Shown: in pieces, positions 59,233 through 64,000 of the stretch
Layout: every line of letters starts with the position of its first letter
Numbering within the stretch: the stretch's first letter is position 1
NCBI GenBank assembly: GCA_039026865.1
Contig: JBCCLN010000001.1
Coordinates: 1,011 to 65,010, forward strand
DNA length: 64,000 nucleotides
Direction of reading: 5' to 3'
From: Bacteroidota bacterium
GTDB lineage: Bacteria; Bacteroidota; Bacteroidia; Cytophagales; Cyclobacteriaceae
The notes under the pieces: model-generated
Seen by the model: the letters and a program-made list of their open reading frames with translations, nothing else
Databases searched by the model: none
Told to the model about the DNA's origin: nothing
Position numbers and translations under genes: made by a program

Positions 59233-61440
59233 TTATCTGGTAAATAACTGCTGTCCTTCCGTGACAGATTTTCTAATATCATCCACAAATTTAGACGGGA
59301 CATTAAAGTAAGGGTGATGCTCCCCAAATATAACCCCCGTCTCACCAACATTACCTCTAAACACTTCAGGAACTTCCGAAATGTCAGGTAACTTTCGGTC
59401 CTTATTGATTGTTCTTCCGTCAGTAGTACCCGTATCAAATACGGTACATCTGCACCCATATTCCCATGGCGGCAAGAAGTAGCCCCAAAACGAATCGTTC
59501 TTTCGCCTGCGTATACCGTCTAATTGTTGATGATTAGCACGCACGCGATCATCGCCTACTGTCTGGTACTGGAGGATGGTATTGGGATCATCGATACCTC
59601 GCCATATGGCTGAAACCCGCATCGAATGTTCGATATGATTAGACTCTGCAGTAAAAAAAAGTTTATTGTATATGGAATTCAATTTTCTGCTCTCCGCCTG
59701 GAATAAATCTAATCTTCCTTTGAAGCTATCTTTGGATTGATGGATGGAATGAAGCAATTGGAATTGCTTTACGGCAGCAAAAGCCCAAACGTGATCCCAT
59801 ACACCCCGAAAATATTTATTTTCGGGGTGTCCCAGGTCTATAGTTCCAAGATCCACACCATATCCTGATCTCACAGCCTCCAAAAATTGCTCAGCGCTTT
59901 TTAACACAAGATCTGCATCTGTAACTATTTCCTCGCCCTCTAATATTTGCGGTAGGAGAGGGGCTAATATTTCGTAATACTCCTCATGTTTCTTAGGAGC
60001 TATTGCATTGATTAGCTTGACACGGTCAGCAAGATGCGTATGTCCTCTGGCTGGCTCGTAGATTTTAGACACTGAAGTAAGGAGTGGATGCTTGGCTGTA
60101 TCTAGTCCTACAGAAGCAATGATAGTATCAAAAATTCCTGTGGTGCTTTTATTCAACGAAGCAGCAATAGTTGATTGGTTTCTTAAAAAGTTCACTTGAT
60201 CATCGCCTGCACCTCCGGTTTCCAGGAGACCGCCATTGCTTTCTTTCAGGATTTGACGGCCTACTTTGATCCCCGTCTGTTTCTCAATTTCTTCAGGGTC
60301 AATCTCATAGCTCTTGGTCAATACATCAAGTATTTCCTTCACTTCACCGGGAGACAATTCATTGTTATTACTATAAACAAATTCCTGGTCACCCCTAATC
60401 GCCATACCCTTTTCCCTGAATCGCCACATAAACTGTTCATTAACAACATGTACAACAAACTCACGCATTGCCTCTACGTGGTTTTTGTAAATTTGATATT
60501 GAATCTGAGCAGCTCCCACATAGGTTTGCTGTTCCGTGGTCGCCGTCTGGCTTAGAATAAGCTTGGTCAGCTCATCATTGCATACTCTCACCAGTTCTGT
60601 ATAAATCTTATTGGTATCATTGGAAATCTGATCTTTGATATCAATTTCATCATCAATGCCCGTGATGATGATTCGCTGGTCCCTGGAAGAAGCAATCTCA
60701 TTAGCCAGTCTTTGTTTATCCTCTGTTTCATCCATAACCGTTTTACCATGCACCAGAGGGACACCATAAGTTTCTGCTGTCTGGGTATGAGCCGAAATAG
60801 CGAAACGTTTAGACATTACCATAGGCGCAGCTTTCAAAAGCCAACCAAACTGCTCATCCCCATCAATAAGCACATAATCTGTTCTAAATCGATCGGTGGT
60901 GACATCCCACCCTGCGTTATCTTCAGGATATTCAAGTATCAGATGATCGCCCGGAGCCACATTGCGTCGCTCAATCGATTCAATTTTCTCCAGTGTGCCC
61001 GTGTTTGGATTCACCCCCCCCAACTCAATCATACTGTACGCGTACAGCTTGGAAAACAAAATCTCTTTCACAAGTTTTGTAAACCATCGGGTTCGAATCA
61101 GCTTGGTCGCTGCATCATCCCTGCTCCTATCTGCATTAGCTATAAAATACCGCTCCCCTAAAATGTGATGAAATAGCGTATTGATTATACTGGTAAGATG
61201 CAAGTCCTGCATCGTATAATCATAAATATCCATTAACCTAAAGCGATGATCAACCCGGCTGCTAAGATGCTTGTAATACTTGTAGTTACTTACATACTGA
61301 TATTCACGTAAATAATCCGCAACCCTTTTTTTCCCCCGGTCATAATAAGCATAAAGCTTGTCAAATTCAATACCATCGGTTCTGGTAGGCCCCATTCCTG
61401 AGAATATAGATCGATTCATTCCTGCGCTATTCAATGGCAT
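59233..61440 (-). CDS. Portal protein (Mu gp29/DUF935-like) fused to minor head protein (Mu gpF/SPP1 gp7-like)
   Basis: N-terminal portal motifs (DLHL, GWLLKAAP, ETYGVP, NDELTKLILSQT) and C-terminal LQYQTVGDDRVRANHQQLDG...PPWEYGCRCTV, in one frame. Confidence 0.85.
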   Translation of the reverse strand: MPLNSAGMNRSIFSGMGPTRTDGIEFDKLYAYYDRGKKRVADYLREYQYVSNYKYYKHLSSRVDHRFRLMDIYDYTMQDLHLTSIINTLFHHILGERYFIANADRSRDDAATKLIRTRWFTKLVKEILFSKLYAYSMIELGGVNPNTGTLEKIESIERRNVAPGDHLILEYPEDNAGWDVTTDRFRTDYVLIDGDEQFGWLLKAAPMVMSKRFAISAHTQTAETYGVPLVHGKTVMDETEDKQRLANEIASSRDQRIIITGIDDEIDIKDQISNDTNKIYTELVRVCNDELTKLILSQTATTEQQTYVGAAQIQYQIYKNHVEAMREFVVHVVNEQFMWRFREKGMAIRGDQEFVYSNNNELSPGEVKEILDVLTKSYEIDPEEIEKQTGIKVGRQILKESNGGLLETGGAGDDQVNFLRNQSTIAASLNKSTTGIFDTIIASVGLDTAKHPLLTSVSKIYEPARGHTHLADRVKLINAIAPKKHEEYYEILAPLLPQILEGEEIVTDADLVLKSAEQFLEAVRSGYGVDLGTIDLGHPENKYFRGVWDHVWAFAAVKQFQLLHSIHQSKDSFKGRLDLFQAESRKLNSIYNKLFFTAESNHIEHSMRVSAIWRGIDDPNTILQYQTVGDDRVRANHQQLDGIRRRKNDSFWGYFLPPWEYGCRCTVFDTGTTDGRTINKDRKLPDISEVPEVFRGNVGETGVIFGEHHPYFNVPSKFVDDIRKSVTEGQQLFTR

Positions 61441-61525
61441 AACCTAGTATAGGCAAAAAGAAAGAAGCTCGTTATAAATTGCTAAAGATTGGTTTGGATT
61501 GCTCCTATATCAATCCGAGCCAATA

Positions 61526-61894
61526 TCACCTGAACTCAAAATTCGCTCTCACGCCCGAAATATACCTTTTGCGGGTCAGACGGCCGGGAGCGGCTAAATC
61601 AATTACACGAGGGTATTTGGTATTCCAATACCGGAAATATTTAATCAATTTGTTAAAATGTGAAGGGTGAGAAAGGTACACGCATAAATGATTCGTATTC
61701 TTAAGGTAGTCGCGCATCAATTCAAGGTTTCTCAACCTCCATTTTTTACTCACTTGATTAGGATAAAAAATAGATAAAACGATAACACCTCCAAAATAAA
61801 AATTCAATACATTTTTTGACCGATAGACGTCTTCCTTTATCAAATCATAATCCTGATAGTTGTTAACTATTTTTAATAGCGTTGATATATACAT
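61526..61894 (-). CDS. Hypothetical protein
   Basis: First minus-strand ORF of the phage block. Confidence 0.5.
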   Translation of the reverse strand: MYISTLLKIVNNYQDYDLIKEDVYRSKNVLNFYFGGVIVLSIFYPNQVSKKWRLRNLELMRDYLKNTNHLCVYLSHPSHFNKLIKYFRYWNTKYPRVIDLAAPGRLTRKRYISGVRANFEFR

Positions 61895-62266
61895 ATAGGG
61901 TTTAATAATTTTCTATTCCTTAATCCCTCTTCTCTGAAGGGAGAAAGGAAAAAGACCCCCTTACCCCCTAAAGATGTTACTCCTCGGTCGAAATGTCTAA
62001 CGGCTGAATTACCCCCTAACTACTACTTACAGATCCTCTTCGAATACAATTAATACTGTAGAAGAGTTGATCAATGTGTTCATCACAGCCTGCTACCTAC
62101 TACCTACCCGGGCAAAACGGGGTTGGGTTTTATACTGACAAGGTAACCTTTTCCAGTTTTGCGTTTTTTTACCCTAAAAGAGTGAGGTCTCCGCTTTTTC
62201 CTCTTTAATAAGTCACAATAATAATATAGGTAAACCAAAAAAAGAAGGTATAGACAATGTTTCATT

Positions 62267-62294
62267 CTTAGTTGGAATTTAGAGGGGTTTACTA
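62267..62294 (+). repeat. Repeat C (core shared with A and B)
   Basis: CTTAGTTGGAATTTA at 62267-62281, then GAGGGGTTTACTA (A: AGAGGGTTCTACTA; B: AAAGGATTCCACTA). Confidence 0.85.
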
Positions 62295-62381
62295 TGCTAT
62301 CCTTGTGCTTCATTTCTTGCGCCTCGAAAACAATAACTGCCAACTAACTTTTATCAGACAGGGAGGATAAAAACTAACGAA

Positions 62382-62403
62382 TTTCAAAATACGTATTTTG
62401 AAA
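62382..62403. promoter_or_regulatory. Perfect 22-bp palindrome, candidate operator
   Basis: TTTCAAAATACGTATTTTGAAA, ending 1 nt before the ATG at 62405. Confidence 0.6.
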
Positions 62404-62404
62404 C

Positions 62405-63531
62405 ATGAGAACGGAGGTGAATGTAAATGCTAACATGCTAACTTGGGCAATAGACCGAGCAAGATATGATTTGCATGAATTTGCAGAAATAATGCCTCGA
62501 ATTACTGACTGGATAAATGGAGATAAAAAACCTACAGTCAAACAGTTAGAAAAGTTTTCCAAAAAAGTCTATTTACCCTTCGGCTATTTATTCCTACCAG
62601 AACCCCCTCAAGAGAAAGTACCAATACCCTTCTTTCAGACTAACGGAAATCAAACAGAGAAAGTAAGTATCAATGTTTATGATATTATTTTGCTACTTCA
62701 GCAAAGACAAAATTGGTTAAAGGAGTACTTAGTTGATAATGGACATGATACTTTAGATTTCGTAGGAAAATTTAAAGGAAGTAATGATATCATGTCCATT
62801 GTCAATAGCATTCGGGAAGTGCTAAGACTTCCTGAGGATTGGGTAAGACATTTTAAGACTTGGGAAGAAACTCTAAATCATCTTGTTGAAGTAATCGAAG
62901 ACAGAGAATAATTACTGTTTTCAATGGAGTTGTTGAGAACAACACTTACCGTGCAATTGAAGTTGAAGAATGTAGAGGTTTTGTCTTAGTTGACGAGGTT
63001 TCTCCTTTTATGTTCATAAATAACTCCGATGGTAAAGCTGCTCAACTATTTACCATCGTTCACGAACTTGCTCATATTTGGACTGGCCAAAGTGCTGGAT
63101 TTGATTTCCAAACTCTTCAACCTGCGAGTGATGCAATTGAGATTTTATGCGATAAAGTTGCAGCCGAATTTTTAGTTCCTCAAAGTGCTTTCAATGAAAA
63201 GTGGAGCGATAATCCAAGCATAAGTGCATGCTCTCGTTACTTCAAGGTTAGCGAAATTGTAATTGCTAGAAGAGCACTTGACACTGGAAAAATTACAAGA
63301 AGTCAATTTTACGAATTTTACGAAGAATACAAGAACAGAGAATTTGTAAAGAGACAGAATCAAAGTCCTGATGGTGATTTTTATGCAACAGCCAAGAAAA
63401 GGTTAAGCATGACATTTGCTACCCACATCAATAATGCAGTCAAAACAGGCCAGCTACTTTATCGAGATGCCTACAAATTGACTAGCATGAAGGGAGATAC
63501 TTTCGATAGGTTTTTTGCTAAGACCATATAA
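62405..63531 (+). pseudogene. XRE-HTH plus ImmA/IrrE metallopeptidase gene split by a one-base deletion near 62906 (or a sequencing error)
   Basis: First ORF has an HTH (KPTVKQLEKFSKK). Restoring one G (aga gGa ata att) gives RGIITVFNGVVENNTYRAIEVEECRGFVLVDE, in frame with the second ORF carrying HELAH. Confidence 0.85.
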
Positions 63532-64000
63532 TTTCTATGAAGACATACTGCCTAGTTAAAAGTAAAAGAAAAAATAATGAAAAATCTTCCCTATGGTTAA
63601 AATAGTACACCGAATATCTCAAAAACTAAACAGGCTTCAGAAGTTACAAAGGAATATGATATCAAGTAGCCTATTTGGTTCCTCTGGAATTAAAAAGAAA
63701 GTCATAAATGGAGAATACGAACTCTAAATACAAATTAATACTTCATCGTTTAGCACAGATTTCGAATTAACAGAAACGTACTACCCCGTGAAAACTCCGA
63801 ATCAGAATAAAGAATCCGAGATAATTTATATAAATAATAAAATAAACCGAAATAAATTTTACTTAAACTTTGTATCTAAGCTTAATGTATACTTCATTTA
63901 CATTTTACAAGTTATTTAAGATATTTATATATCGATAATATAAAAATAAAACTATGGGTCAACTTTGACACATTTAATTACCTACCTGAGAAAAAATGAC

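Larger units (their letters stand above)
10115..62294 (-). mobile_element. Tailed phage (contractile tail, Mu-like head, self-encoded replisome, ParA); prophage or phage-plasmid
   Basis: Terminase, portal, protease, capsid, sheath, tube, tape measure, baseplate, fibre, lysis and replication genes, nearly all co-oriented. The proposed ends are the direct core repeats B and C; the ends are inferred. Confidence 0.9.

Noticed and set aside
59233-61440. Transposable Mu-like phage
   Set aside because: Head genes are Mu-like, but no MuA or MuB genes were found, and a full replisome is encoded instead.
10497-61670. Numerous plus-strand ORFs of 60-190 aa within the phage block
   Set aside because: They are antisense shadows of well-supported minus-strand genes and have no motifs. 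Only Dam, ParA and the ParA partner were accepted on the plus strand.
1-64000. tRNA, rRNA or CRISPR arrays
   Set aside because: None were recognised by eye; a tRNAscan-SE or Infernal run would be needed to exclude small RNAs.

Overview
The window holds about 4.5 kb of Rhs toxin-immunity cassettes with IS481 and Tn3 remnants, then a 5.6 kb iteron replicon cassette (Rep_3-type initiator, origin, nuclease-HTH fusion, serine recombinase) bracketed by inverted repeats. A ~52 kb tailed phage follows (10.1-62.3 kb, almost all minus strand), then a frameshifted XRE-ImmA/IrrE gene. The phage has a Mu-like head (portal fused to gpF, Clp-type protease), a contractile tail, its own replisome (DnaE, DnaQ-like exonuclease, primase, helicase, SSB, gp46/47-like nuclease, UvrD-like helicase), a sigma factor and a ParA cassette. 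I found no tyrosine integrase, Mu transposase or obvious CI repressor, so it reads as a phage-plasmid-like element, probably of a Bacteroidota host (inference). The main leads are (1) a stand-alone NifL/Aer-type PAS protein heading the holin-terminase operon and (2) a 15-bp core repeated at three module junctions, which could let the serine recombinase invert the replicon or excise the phage. Others are a neck protein with an inserted array of carbohydrate-binding-like repeats, two intergenic promoter-like motif families, a hidden truncated guanylate kinase and an unannotated -1 frameshift tail chaperone. All family names come from motif recognition by eye, not from database searches.
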